Source of the DNA: Thermoplasmata archaeon
Lineage (GTDB): Archaea > Thermoplasmatota > Thermoplasmata > UBA10834
Direction: 5' to 3'
Length of the DNA: 59,259 nt
Assembly: GCA_025457815.1 (NCBI GenBank)
Contig: JALOTQ010000002.1
Location: 1 to 59,259 of the forward strand
Position 1 is the first letter of the stretch, and each line of letters starts with the position of its first letter. The notes below the pieces were generated by a model. The model worked only from the letters and a program-made list of their open reading frames with translations, was not told the origin of the DNA and made no database searches. Positions 46,983 through 56,751 of the stretch are shown piece after piece. The translations under genes and the position numbers were made by a program.

Positions 46983-47837
46983 ATGGAATCGTCCGTGGAG
47001 AAGGCCATCGACTGCTACTATCCTGGCAAGGGCTTCCCGGCAATCTCGGTCACCGGTAAGGACTGCGCATTGGACTGCAAGCACTGCGCGCGCAGGTACC
47101 TTGAGGGAATGGTTCCGGCAACGAGCGCGGAGGAGCTTCTAGAGGTCGCGCGATCCCTCTCGGCCCGCGGCGCGAAGGGTTTCCTGCTCAGCGGAGGAGT
47201 CGATGAAACAGGGAAGGTGCCTATCGCCGATTTCCTTCCTGCGATAAAGGAGATCAAAGCCACGACACGGCTTAGGATCAACGCTCACATCGGCCTCTCT
47301 CCTACAGCGGAGATAGCGGACTTGGTGCAAGCTGGCATTGACGCATTCTCCGTGGACATCTACGGTGCCGACTCAACCATCAGAGAAGTGCTCGGCCTCG
47401 AGGCCTCCGTGGACGACTATTTCAGGGTACTACGCGACCTGACCGAGCGGAAGGCATACGTCGTGCCTCACATCTGCGTCGGCATCCATGCCGGCAAGGT
47501 CGACGGAGAGCTCTCGGCGCTCGAGAGTCTAGTCGAGTTCGAGCCCCGAGCGCTGGTGTTGATATCCTTGATACCGACGAGAGGCACGGCCTATCAGGAC
47601 GTCGAGCCTCCGAGCAGGGACGACTTGCTGATGGTGGTGAAGACGGCCAGACGGCTGATGCCGACAACGAGGATTCTTCTGGGCTGCATGAGATCGAGGT
47701 CCGATAGGGCCGTAGAGTATGAGGCCGTCATGGCGGGGGTCGACGGCATCGTGCTGCCGTCGTTGGAGACTGTCAAGAGGTTGGAAGAGGACGGTTTCTC
47801 TATCAGAATCAAGGATGAATGCTGCGCCTTTCCCTAG
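46983..47837 (+). CDS. Radical SAM protein (COG1856-like, biotin synthase-related)
   Basis: ISVTG..CALDCKHC, LLSGG, VVPHICVG, LGCMR. Confidence 0.9.
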   Translation: MESSVEKAIDCYYPGKGFPAISVTGKDCALDCKHCARRYLEGMVPATSAEELLEVARSLSARGAKGFLLSGGVDETGKVPIADFLPAIKEIKATTRLRINAHIGLSPTAEIADLVQAGIDAFSVDIYGADSTIREVLGLEASVDDYFRVLRDLTERKAYVVPHICVGIHAGKVDGELSALESLVEFEPRALVLISLIPTRGTAYQDVEPPSRDDLLMVVKTARRLMPTTRILLGCMRSRSDRAVEYEAVMAGVDGIVLPSLETVKRLEEDGFSIRIKDECCAFP

Positions 47838-47839
47838 CT

Positions 47840-48685
47840 CTACTTGTATATTGAGCCGACAGAGTACTTGCGTTCCACTGGGATCAGATAGGCGATCCAT
47901 GCGATGTTGGCCACCAGGAACGCCAGCGTGAGGATCCACATGATGCCCGTGAAGGTCCCAGAGACCTCGGTGATCACAACCGCGGTGGCGCCTGTGCCGG
48001 GGTTGAATGCGTCGTTCAGCACGAGGTAGTATCTGCCGAAGTTCGCGTGCGGCACGCTTATCGTCAGGGAGTCCGAGCCGTTCACCGTGAAGTCCTCCCT
48101 GTTGAGCCTGTTGGCGTACATCGTGCTCATGAAGGTCGAAGTCCCCCAGTTCGTTTCGAAAGTCTCCGTGGACACCAGGTAGACATGGACCTCATGCAGG
48201 GACGACATCGAAACGGCCACGGAATCGAAGATCGCAAAGGTGTCGGAAGTGTAGAAATAAGGGGGCTCGGCGTTCGGCACGAGGTCGAACGTGGTTTGGG
48301 CGGATTCCTCCATGGAACCTATGATGCTCGGGACGGCGAGAACGAGGAACGCGATGCCAGCGAAGATCGACACGAGGATCGAGCGCTTGATGGAGTTCTT
48401 CGCGATCAAGTGCCTCGCGCTCGAACTCCGGGCGAATTTGACCTCGAGCATCCTGAAGAAGAAGCTCTCGACCGATATCATGAGCAGGAGGAGAACGAGT
48501 ATGGCGAGGAAGCCGTCCAGTGGCAGGAACAGATACGGCTGGAGCTGCGCCTCCCCGACGACGAATATCACGAAAGCGCCAAGCGCGACCAGAATGACGG
48601 CCTCAACGGTGAAGATCCCGCGCTTGATCTTCCTGATCCTGCTGAGCCTTATGGAATCTTCGAGAACCTTGCCAGACGCAGGCAT
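47840..48685 (-). CDS. Hypothetical membrane protein (4 TM + extracellular beta domain)
   Basis: Hydrophobic segments; VHVYLV..GRYYLVL beta-sandwich-like segment. Confidence 0.72.
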   Translation of the reverse strand: MPASGKVLEDSIRLSRIRKIKRGIFTVEAVILVALGAFVIFVVGEAQLQPYLFLPLDGFLAILVLLLLMISVESFFFRMLEVKFARSSSARHLIAKNSIKRSILVSIFAGIAFLVLAVPSIIGSMEESAQTTFDLVPNAEPPYFYTSDTFAIFDSVAVSMSSLHEVHVYLVSTETFETNWGTSTFMSTMYANRLNREDFTVNGSDSLTISVPHANFGRYYLVLNDAFNPGTGATAVVITEVSGTFTGIMWILTLAFLVANIAWIAYLIPVERKYSVGSIYK

Positions 48686-48724
48686 CGTTGTTTACATGAG
48701 TAGGTCGTGATAAATAGTTTACCA

Positions 48725-49948
48725 TCAGGCCTTGATTGTGGCCAGTCGTCTGCAAATGAGGTGCAGGGCCACGTATTCCGGCACCGAATTCTTGCCCGCT
48801 TCGAGCGAGAAGTTCTGGTCACGGAGACGCAGGTCCACAGGGTTCTTGCAGTCGACGCTGACACTCGCGTCGCCGACGGAGCTCGAGACGGCATCCCTGA
48901 AGGGGTCGAAATCATCGAGTTCGTCCCTGGTCAGCGGGACGACCACAAAACCGGTCTTGGCATGGAGGGTGCTGGGCAGCCTAATGAGTCTCTTGATGTC
49001 GGAAGTCACAGGTTCGTCTGTCTCCCCTGCGATCTGAATCGCCATTCCTTGCTTGACGAAGATCAGGAAAGCCTTCAGGAATCTGTCGCTCGAGAAGACC
49101 TCGAAGTTGTTCTCCTTCCTCATCTTGTCGATGCCTCGGGGCTCCCCCTCGAAGAGTTCTTTGTAGAGCCCGTCGAGGATCTTCTCAGGTATTCTCCCGC
49201 CTCCCTCCTCCAGGATCTTGGCAAGCTTCCTCTTTCGTTCCTCAGGGGCCATCTGCTCCAGCTCGTCGAACAGGCGGTCGATGCCCTTCCGTGTCCTTGC
49301 GAGCCAACCTCCGTCAGAAACCTTGACCATTCTCCTGATTCTTATGGGATGTATCCGGTCTCCGTATCTCTTCTCCTCGACCACCCTCTCTGGGAACACC
49401 CAGTCGATATCTAGATCGGTTCCGGTGATGTAGTCGACGATTTCCCGCCTCTCGTGACTCGACAGCCTCCTCACGCTCGGGTGATTGATGTGGAGATGAT
49501 ACCCTCGCCCGCCAGAGAAGACGATCTTCACCTGGTCGCTGTCGAACCCGAAATCCCCCAGGACGAATTCGTCAAGGAGCTTCTCGACCTCTTCTTTCAC
49601 TCTGTCGAGCATCTTGTCGTACGGCAGGTTCTCTGCCCCTCTCACGTGATCCGCATCGAGATCGAAAATCAGGTCCGCGCCCATCCACTTCTTCTCGGCC
49701 ATTGTGGGCGCATCGGGCTTCTCATAGTACGCGGATGAGTAGTAGACATGCGCCGGCACTCTCTCCACAAGGAACCGCTTCAGGTCCGCCCTCGTCGAGA
49801 AGCCCGTGTGCCGTATCATGCCCGGCCGGTCGAAGAGCATGAACCCGAACTCCCTCTTGGAGAACCTCTCGGGCATCTCCAGGGCGACCTCCTTGTAGTG
49901 CCTGGCGAACATGCCGCTGATGAACTTCGCGCTCTCGTCAGAGGCCAT
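48725..49948 (-). CDS. priS: DNA primase catalytic small subunit
   Basis: REFGF, YYSSAYY, LIFDLDADH, FSGGRGYH, D..RLIRLP.TLH.KTG. Confidence 0.96.
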   Translation of the reverse strand: MASDESAKFISGMFARHYKEVALEMPERFSKREFGFMLFDRPGMIRHTGFSTRADLKRFLVERVPAHVYYSSAYYEKPDAPTMAEKKWMGADLIFDLDADHVRGAENLPYDKMLDRVKEEVEKLLDEFVLGDFGFDSDQVKIVFSGGRGYHLHINHPSVRRLSSHERREIVDYITGTDLDIDWVFPERVVEEKRYGDRIHPIRIRRMVKVSDGGWLARTRKGIDRLFDELEQMAPEERKRKLAKILEEGGGRIPEKILDGLYKELFEGEPRGIDKMRKENNFEVFSSDRFLKAFLIFVKQGMAIQIAGETDEPVTSDIKRLIRLPSTLHAKTGFVVVPLTRDELDDFDPFRDAVSSSVGDASVSVDCKNPVDLRLRDQNFSLEAGKNSVPEYVALHLICRRLATIKA

Positions 49949-50079
49949 CCGTGCGAGTCATCCCACTGACCCGTATATTAACCTGACATCTGCCTGACCG
50001 CTGCTTGTAGAGAGCCGGCCAGAAAACATAAAAACCCCAGAGTTCCATCATATTGACAATTGGAGTTCGAGCTGGAATC

Positions 50080-50955
50080 ATGATCAAGACCTACATTCGC
50101 GTGCAAATCAGCAGCGAAGGCGAGTCCCCGAAACAGATCATCGAGAGGATGAGGAAGATCGGCGCGGTCCCGATCGTTGGGGATTACGACTTCGAGCTCA
50201 AGCTTGAGGACGACAAGAGGCTCTTCGACAAGCTGGAAGAGATCCATCACTCGCTCCGGGGCGCGAATGTGAGGTACACTCTCACAACCCGCACGGACAT
50301 CGACGTCGACACGCTCGCCAAGAACAGGCACGAGGTCACCCACTACGTCGACCAGAAACCGATCGAGCTGAAGAAGGCCTTGTACAAGGCGAAGCTGGAC
50401 CGGTGGAAGGAGATGGGCCTCGACGTGTCCGAGCTCGAGCCCTTGCTCGAGACCGACCTCGACCACTTCAAGACGGCGAGCAAGGAGTTCCTGAGGACTC
50501 ACCTGGACCAGATGTCTGTCGTGAAGGACCGTAGGCCGGAGAGCGAGGTCGACGGCCAGGTGCTCGCGCTCATCGACGAGGTTGGGAAATCCCTGACTGA
50601 GCTAGCATCGGCGACGGGTTTCACGGAGGATCAGGTTACACTGTCGGTCGGCCGGCTCATATCGTCGGGCAGCGCGAGAAGGGTCCAGAAGGGCCCCGAG
50701 GAACTGTTCTGCCTCGTCCCACCGCCAGCGCCGATAGTGAGGAAGGCGCTGGAACTCGCCCCAGCTGGCAGCGACGAGGAGGCTCAGAAGAGGCTTCTTG
50801 ATTCAATACGCCCGGAAGGCATCTCGACCAAGGATCTGATAAGGGCTGCCAAGCTTCCTCGGGAGCAGTTCGCGAAGGCCATCGGTCAGCTGAAGGAGAA
50901 GGGCTCCATCCGCGTCGTGATCAAGGCCAAGAAGGAGTTCTACTTCAAGGTCTGA
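50080..50955 (+). CDS. Hypothetical protein: N-terminal ferredoxin-like domain + two C-terminal wHTH-like domains
   Basis: KTY..SSEG.SP..GDYDF N-domain; KSLTELASATG.. and ISTKDLIRAAKL.. HTH patterns. Confidence 0.72.
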   Translation: MIKTYIRVQISSEGESPKQIIERMRKIGAVPIVGDYDFELKLEDDKRLFDKLEEIHHSLRGANVRYTLTTRTDIDVDTLAKNRHEVTHYVDQKPIELKKALYKAKLDRWKEMGLDVSELEPLLETDLDHFKTASKEFLRTHLDQMSVVKDRRPESEVDGQVLALIDEVGKSLTELASATGFTEDQVTLSVGRLISSGSARRVQKGPEELFCLVPPPAPIVRKALELAPAGSDEEAQKRLLDSIRPEGISTKDLIRAAKLPREQFAKAIGQLKEKGSIRVVIKAKKEFYFKV

Positions 50956-51041
50956 GCGCCGCAACGCGGGCACGCCTGGCCCGCGCGACAAAGGTTTATT
51001 AGAGAACCGCCCGATTGAGCGGCCGCTCCGGAACGGGTTCG

Positions 51042-51911
51042 ATGAAAGCACTCTCGATGCGCGATGTCAGGTTCATGTACGAGGGCTCCGACAGATGGGC
51101 TCTTGACGGAATCTCGGTTGAGATCGAGAAGGGCGAATTCGTCTCCGTCCTGGGTTCCAACTTGTCGGGCAAGTCCACGCTTTGCATGCTTACGAACGGC
51201 CTTGCCCCGCACACCCTCAAGGGCAAGATGGAGGGGAGGGTCGAAGTTTTCGGCAAGGATACGTCCGGCCTCTCTGTCGCCGAACTCGCCACCAGTGTCG
51301 GCATGGTCTTCCAGGAGCCGGACAGCCAGCTATTCTGCATGAGCGTCGAGGAGGAGGTCGCCTTCGGTCCCGAGAACCTGGCGGTCCCCCGCGACGAGAT
51401 CAGGGCACGGGTCGACTGGGCGCTCGGCCTCGTCGGCATGCGAGGATACAACGACAGATCACCTTTCAGCCTCTCAGGAGGCCAGAAGCAGCGCGTTGCC
51501 ATCGCAGCGGCGCTTTCCATGCGCCCGGAGATGCTCGTCCTGGATGAGCCGGCATATGCGTTGGACCCATTGGGAAGGCTGGAACTGTACTCGGTCCTAA
51601 GGGAGCTCAGGCAGGACTACGGCATGACCATCGTGATTGCCGAGCGCGATTCGGAAGAGGCGATCGCGTTCTCGGACAGGATAGTGCTGATGAAAGGAGG
51701 ACGGATCGTCGATTCCGGGACTCCCAAGGATTTCGCGCGCGAGCCAAATAGGCTCAGGACGGTCGGGGTGGTCCCGACCCAGCTCTCCGAGATATCGGAG
51801 ATGCTAAATGCGCGGATCAAAGGGGGGAATTTCCAGTTCCTCAGGGTCGAGGAGGCGTCGAAGGCAATAATCGAGAACTGCCTCGCCTCCCGGGCGGGTG
51901 GGGCTCGATGA
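51042..51911 (+). CDS. ECF transporter ATPase EcfA1
   Basis: GSNLSGKST, FQEPDSQLF..VEEEVAFGPENL, LSGGQKQR, LDEP; H-loop AER. Confidence 0.9.
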   Translation: MKALSMRDVRFMYEGSDRWALDGISVEIEKGEFVSVLGSNLSGKSTLCMLTNGLAPHTLKGKMEGRVEVFGKDTSGLSVAELATSVGMVFQEPDSQLFCMSVEEEVAFGPENLAVPRDEIRARVDWALGLVGMRGYNDRSPFSLSGGQKQRVAIAAALSMRPEMLVLDEPAYALDPLGRLELYSVLRELRQDYGMTIVIAERDSEEAIAFSDRIVLMKGGRIVDSGTPKDFAREPNRLRTVGVVPTQLSEISEMLNARIKGGNFQFLRVEEASKAIIENCLASRAGGAR

Positions 51912-52768
51912 TCCCGAGAACCCACTCAATCCCATCGGAGGAGAGGGTCATATCAGTAAGGAACCTCAAGTTCGTCTACGACGGGGGCGTCGAGGCCCTC
52001 AAGGGAATCAACCTCGACATCAAGAAAGGCGAGTTCCTGGCCATCGTCGGCGGCAACGGCTCTGGCAAGACGACGCTTGCCAAGAATTTCAATGGACTTC
52101 TCAGGCCGTCCCATGGGACGGTCACCGTGATGAACAGGCCCGCCGCGTCGCAGACGGTTGCGGAGCTGTCCAGAGTGATTGGCTACGCCTTCCAGAACCC
52201 GGACCATCAGCTTTTCTGTTCCTCCGTTGAGGAGGAGGTCCGGTTCGGCCCCGCGAACCTCGGATACTCAGACGAGGAGGTGAAGCGGAAGGTGGAACAC
52301 GCGATCGAGACGATGGACCTCCAGAGCCTGCGCGGCCTTCCGCCGTTCTCCCTGAGGCTTGGGGAGAGGAGGAGAGTGTCCATCGCATCCGTCATCGCCA
52401 TGGACCCGCAGATCATCGTGCTGGACGAGCCAACGACAGGTCTCGATGCGGGAGAGACGAAGGTCCTGATGGAGAAGATCTCCCACCTCAACCGGGAGGG
52501 GAGGACCATCGTACTGATCACCCATGACATGCGCCTGGTCGCCGAGAGTTCCTCTCGAGTCGTAGTCATGTCGGATGGCCGCATCGTTCTCGATTCGGAC
52601 CCCAGGGGGGCCTTCGCCGACATCGACCTGTTGCGCAACTGCAGCCTCGTGCCTCCGCCGGTCATGCTCCTCGCGCACAGTCTTGCGAAGTACGGCATTC
52701 CGAAGGACATCATGTCCCCTCAGGAGCTGGTCCTCCGCATCGTGCTCGAGAAGGGGGGCGCGAGATGA
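51908..52768 (+). CDS. ECF transporter ATPase EcfA2
   Basis: GGNGSGKTT, FQNPDHQLF, signature LRLGE, LDEPTTGLD, ITHD. Confidence 0.9.
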   Translation: MIPRTHSIPSEERVISVRNLKFVYDGGVEALKGINLDIKKGEFLAIVGGNGSGKTTLAKNFNGLLRPSHGTVTVMNRPAASQTVAELSRVIGYAFQNPDHQLFCSSVEEEVRFGPANLGYSDEEVKRKVEHAIETMDLQSLRGLPPFSLRLGERRRVSIASVIAMDPQIIVLDEPTTGLDAGETKVLMEKISHLNREGRTIVLITHDMRLVAESSSRVVVMSDGRIVLDSDPRGAFADIDLLRNCSLVPPPVMLLAHSLAKYGIPKDIMSPQELVLRIVLEKGGAR

Positions 52769-53553
52769 CCGGCTTCGTGGATCTGTTCACGGAGGCGAAC
52801 AGCGCGCTTCACAGAATGGACCCGAGGGTGAAGATCGTCGCCGTCATCCTGCTCTCTCTGCTCGCCCTCATCCTGAGCGAGCTGGCGTACCTTCTCGCCC
52901 TCGCAGCTTTCATGGTCCTGCTTCTTCTGATCGGCCGGGCGAGCCTCTCCAAGACCATGTTCGCGTTCAGCTACGTCTTCAGAGTGATGATCCTCATCGT
53001 CGTTCTCTGGCCCATATTCGACCCTAGTGGCGCGACGGTTCTCCTTGAGCTGGGCCCGGTCAAAATAACCTGGGAAGGGGTGCTCGACGGCCTTGGGACC
53101 GCAATCAGGGTGTTCTGCCTCGCGGCCGTTTGGTACATACTGATGTTCACCACATCCCAACGAGACCTGGTCCGTGCCCTCGTGAAGCTGGGCCTCAGGT
53201 TCGACTTCGGGCTGTCGCTGGCCATTTCCCTGAGGTTCCTGCCGACCTTCGGGGCGACCGTCGAATCCATCAAGGACGCCCAGCGCGCCCGAGGGATGGA
53301 GCTCGACAAGGGCGGCGTGGCCAAGCGCGCGCGCAACTATCTCGCGGTCCTGGTCCCGACCACAGTCACGGCCCTGAAGACCGCTGATATGCTGTCCCTG
53401 GCGTTGCAGTCGAGGGCATATGGGGCAAGGGCCGACAGGACCTATCTCAGGGAACTCAGCATGCGGCCGGCGGACTATGTGGCTCTGGCCGCGGTCGCCG
53501 TGGTCTTCGCGCTCTCCTTCGTGGGCAGGTATCTCTTATCGGTGCCCCTCTGA
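52765..53553 (+). CDS. ecfT: ECF transporter transmembrane component EcfT
   Basis: LHRMDPRVK, LRFLP, AQRARG, LQSRAY. Confidence 0.92.
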   Translation: MTGFVDLFTEANSALHRMDPRVKIVAVILLSLLALILSELAYLLALAAFMVLLLLIGRASLSKTMFAFSYVFRVMILIVVLWPIFDPSGATVLLELGPVKITWEGVLDGLGTAIRVFCLAAVWYILMFTTSQRDLVRALVKLGLRFDFGLSLAISLRFLPTFGATVESIKDAQRARGMELDKGGVAKRARNYLAVLVPTTVTALKTADMLSLALQSRAYGARADRTYLRELSMRPADYVALAAVAVVFALSFVGRYLLSVPL

Positions 53554-53616
53554 ATGGGCTCCCTGCCCCCGCGTGGAGGGTTTAAGTAGCCGCTGGTTTT
53601 CTTGGTCCACGTTCGA

Positions 53617-54165
53617 ATGGAGAAGAACGAAGGTGAGAGAAGGCCCCCGCCGGCACCGGCCAGGTTCGTGTCGCCCAAGGTGGTCGCTCTCTACGCGATA
53701 CTCACCGCGCTGACGACCGCGGTCACCATGACCCTAGTGATACCTCTCCCCACGAGGGGTTACTACAACGTCGGCGAATCCATGGTGTTCTTCGCGGCCT
53801 TCACGTTCGGCTGGCGGGCAGGCATGATCTGCGGAGGCATCGGATCAGCGGCCGCGGACCTTCTCCTCGGGTACGGGTTCTTCGCGCCGATAACCCTGGT
53901 CGCGAAAGGCAGCGAGGGCCTCGTGGCGGGCATCATAGGCAATATCAAGGGCGGCGCTCCGTGGGCGAAGATCGCCGGAATATGGGCCGGCGGCTCGTGC
54001 ATGGTGGCCACCTACTTCTTCGCAGAATGGATATTCCTGGGGTTCGGGGTCGCCCTGACGGAGCTCCCGGCGAACGTGTTCCAGGTGCTGCTGGGCGGTC
54101 TGATAGGTCTGATGCTGTCACAAGCAGTCGCTGTGTACCGCAATCCGCGCCCGAAACAGGCCTGA
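53617..54165 (+). CDS. ECF transporter substrate-binding S component
   Basis: P.TRGYYNVGE, GIGSAAADLLLGY..APITLVAKG.EG, N.FQ. Confidence 0.88.
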   Translation: MEKNEGERRPPPAPARFVSPKVVALYAILTALTTAVTMTLVIPLPTRGYYNVGESMVFFAAFTFGWRAGMICGGIGSAAADLLLGYGFFAPITLVAKGSEGLVAGIIGNIKGGAPWAKIAGIWAGGSCMVATYFFAEWIFLGFGVALTELPANVFQVLLGGLIGLMLSQAVAVYRNPRPKQA

Positions 54166-54182
54166 AGAAAGGCTCTAGGGAC

Positions 54183-55646
54183 TCACTTCTTGAGCTTGCC
54201 CAGCTCCTTCTCGCCGATCCTGTCCCTCGGAAGGACGCGCTTCACTGAGCCCATGGCCCACATGCCGAAGTTCATGAACCATCCAGGGAGCGAGATGCCC
54301 AGCCTGGTGCCGGTCTCCACCATCTTCCCCGGGTTCATTATCCCGTACGGGTCCAGAAGGTCCTTCATCCTCCTGATCATCCTGGCCCCGTCCTTCCCGC
54401 GGTACTTCGCGAGGTTGCCCGCGAAGAATATCCCCAGGCCGACAGGCCTCCCGCCGTTCTCGAACGCAAGGTCCCCCAGCCGCTTTGCGAAGCCCATGGC
54501 GGCCGTGGAAGCGACGAGCTTGTGCTCGTCGGTCAGGTAATATGGCATGTACATGACGGTGTTCTGGTCCGCGACCGTGCCGATCAACGGCGCGTTCATC
54601 TTCATCTGCTTGATGAGCTTGTTCATACCCTCGAGCACGACATTCATGCGGTCTATCGGAACGAGTATTTCGCCCGGGATAGCGCCCACGCCGAGCTCAC
54701 GGACCCTGAACTCGTAGCTCCTCTCGGACCACTCGTGCTCCGCGGTCTCCTTCGGAAGCTTGCTCGCGCCCGCGGCGGTCATGATGTCGTCGATGATCTT
54801 CTCTTCCATGTCCACGGAGGCCTTGGACCCGTCCAGGGCCATCGTGATCATGCATCCCACATCGGGCGCGTGCTTGCCTATCGCCCTGAGGTAGTCGAAG
54901 TGCAGCCTGTCGCCGAACATAATGTGCATAGGCCTCGCGCCGCTCCTGACCAGCTTCTTCAGCGCAGGCTGGAACATCGCGAAGTTGTCGAAGGAATAGC
55001 TCACGACCCTGAACTCCTCGGGCCTGGGGAGCACGGAGAACGTGACCTCGGTCACTATGCCCATCGTGCCTTCCGCGCCTACGAAGAACCAGTTCAGATT
55101 GGGCCCTCCGCCGTTCTGCGGGACGTACTTGTCGCCCGTGTGGACGACCTCGCCTGTCGGCAGCACGACCTCGAGGTCCCTGATGATGTTGCCCGCGGTC
55201 CCGTACTTGAAAGCCCCAATCCCGGTACCGCCAGTACTTATCCAGCCGCCGAGCGTGGCCGACGGGGCGCTGCTCGGATAGCACGGGAGGAACAGCCCTT
55301 TCGCGGCCAGGGCCTCGTCCAGGGCCTTCCATGTGATGCCTGGCTGGACCGTCACGATGAGGTTCTCAGGGTCGATGGCGATGATCTTGTTCATGCCGGT
55401 CATGTCTATGGAGGTGCCTCCCTTGACAGGGGTCGAGCCCCCAAGGCCCCAGGAGCCAGCTCCTCGAGGGACGATCGGCTTGTTCTTCGAAATGGCCTTC
55501 ATCACGAGCTGGACGACGTCCTGCGTGTATTGTGGCCTGGCGACGCTATCCGGCATCGTCTTGAATAGCAGGTCCATTTCCTTCGGCAACGGTGCCATGT
55601 CGTGGCTGTACAATCTCCTTTCCATCTCGTCATTCGAGGTTTCCAT
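54183..55646 (-). CDS. FAD-binding oxidoreductase (GlcD/D-lactate dehydrogenase-like)
   Basis: VPRGAGS..GG, ATLGGW, GAEGTMGIVTE, DPYGIMNPGK. Confidence 0.88.
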   Translation of the reverse strand: METSNDEMERRLYSHDMAPLPKEMDLLFKTMPDSVARPQYTQDVVQLVMKAISKNKPIVPRGAGSWGLGGSTPVKGGTSIDMTGMNKIIAIDPENLIVTVQPGITWKALDEALAAKGLFLPCYPSSAPSATLGGWISTGGTGIGAFKYGTAGNIIRDLEVVLPTGEVVHTGDKYVPQNGGGPNLNWFFVGAEGTMGIVTEVTFSVLPRPEEFRVVSYSFDNFAMFQPALKKLVRSGARPMHIMFGDRLHFDYLRAIGKHAPDVGCMITMALDGSKASVDMEEKIIDDIMTAAGASKLPKETAEHEWSERSYEFRVRELGVGAIPGEILVPIDRMNVVLEGMNKLIKQMKMNAPLIGTVADQNTVMYMPYYLTDEHKLVASTAAMGFAKRLGDLAFENGGRPVGLGIFFAGNLAKYRGKDGARMIRRMKDLLDPYGIMNPGKMVETGTRLGISLPGWFMNFGMWAMGSVKRVLPRDRIGEKELGKLKK

Positions 55647-55872
55647 CTTGAACACCTTTGAATGCATTGAGCGCGAGGGCTGAGAACGCTCCCCCGCGGA
55701 TGGTAAGCGCTCATTCCCAATAAACCCTTACGTCTGACTAGGGCAGCTGGGAGCCAGGATTGAGGGCCCCAGGCCGATTCGGAGCGGCTTCACGTGAAAA
55801 AGTTCTTATCTCCCCTGATGGTGAGTGTATTCACATACTGCGCGCCATTTGCGCGACGCGAGGGGGAGATTC

Positions 55873-56745
55873 ATGGCGTACACTCTGAGAATGCTTGCGC
55901 TCTTCGCAGGCCTCATGGCCATATTCACAGCGATAGGATGGCTTCTGGGCGGCCTGTTCATGGGGGACTGGGTTACAGGGGCCCTCTTCTTCTTGGTGCT
56001 GGCCGGAGTCATCAACTTCGTCAGCTACTTCTGGAGCGACAAGATAGTCCTCTGGTCATACCGGGCCAAGATAGTCTCCCAGGCGGAGCAGCCGAGGCTG
56101 TACAACACACTCAACAAGATCTGCCTGAAGGCCGACCTGCCCATGCCGCGTATGGCGGTGGTAGCATCCCCGACCCCGAACGCCTTCGCCACCGGCAGGA
56201 ACCCGGACAGGGCGGTGGTCGCCGTCACCGAGGGCATCATGTCGATGCTGACTGATGACGAGCTCGAGGGTGTGCTCGCGCACGAGATGGCCCATGTCAA
56301 GGGCAGGGACATACTGATCATGTCCGTAGCCGCCACGATCGCCGGGGCGGTGTCCTTCGCGGCCAGGATGGCCTGGTTTGGTTCCATGGGACGGAGCAGC
56401 AGGGACAACGGGGGCGCGCTGATACTGCTTCTCGTGGCCATCACCGCACCGATCGCCGCATTGCTCCTCAGGCTGGCGATCTCGCGCAGCGGGGAATACA
56501 GGGCAGACAAGGAGGGCGCGCTCATGATCCAGAGGCCACTGGCGCTGGCCAGGGCCCTCGAGAAGCTCGAAGACGCGAACAGGCGGAGGCCGATTCAGTT
56601 CGGCAGCCCGGCGTCTTCGTCGCTGTTCATCGTCAATCCGTTCAGGGGCGAGGGGCTCGTGTCCTTGTTCATGACCCACCCGCCGGTCAGGGCCAGGGTC
56701 AGGCGTCTGCAGCAGCTCGCCCAAGACACCGGATTCATCGGCTGA
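55873..56745 (+). CDS. htpX: Zinc metalloprotease HtpX (M48)
   Basis: PNAFATGRNP, HEMAH, ISRSGEYRAD, THPP. Confidence 0.95.
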   Translation: MAYTLRMLALFAGLMAIFTAIGWLLGGLFMGDWVTGALFFLVLAGVINFVSYFWSDKIVLWSYRAKIVSQAEQPRLYNTLNKICLKADLPMPRMAVVASPTPNAFATGRNPDRAVVAVTEGIMSMLTDDELEGVLAHEMAHVKGRDILIMSVAATIAGAVSFAARMAWFGSMGRSSRDNGGALILLLVAITAPIAALLLRLAISRSGEYRADKEGALMIQRPLALARALEKLEDANRRRPIQFGSPASSSLFIVNPFRGEGLVSLFMTHPPVRARVRRLQQLAQDTGFIG

Positions 56746-56751
56746 GCCGAT

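Noticed and set aside
55669..55715. TGAGCGC/GCGCTCA inverted repeat upstream of the FAD oxidoreductase
   Set aside because: A single 7-bp stem with a long loop; insufficient support
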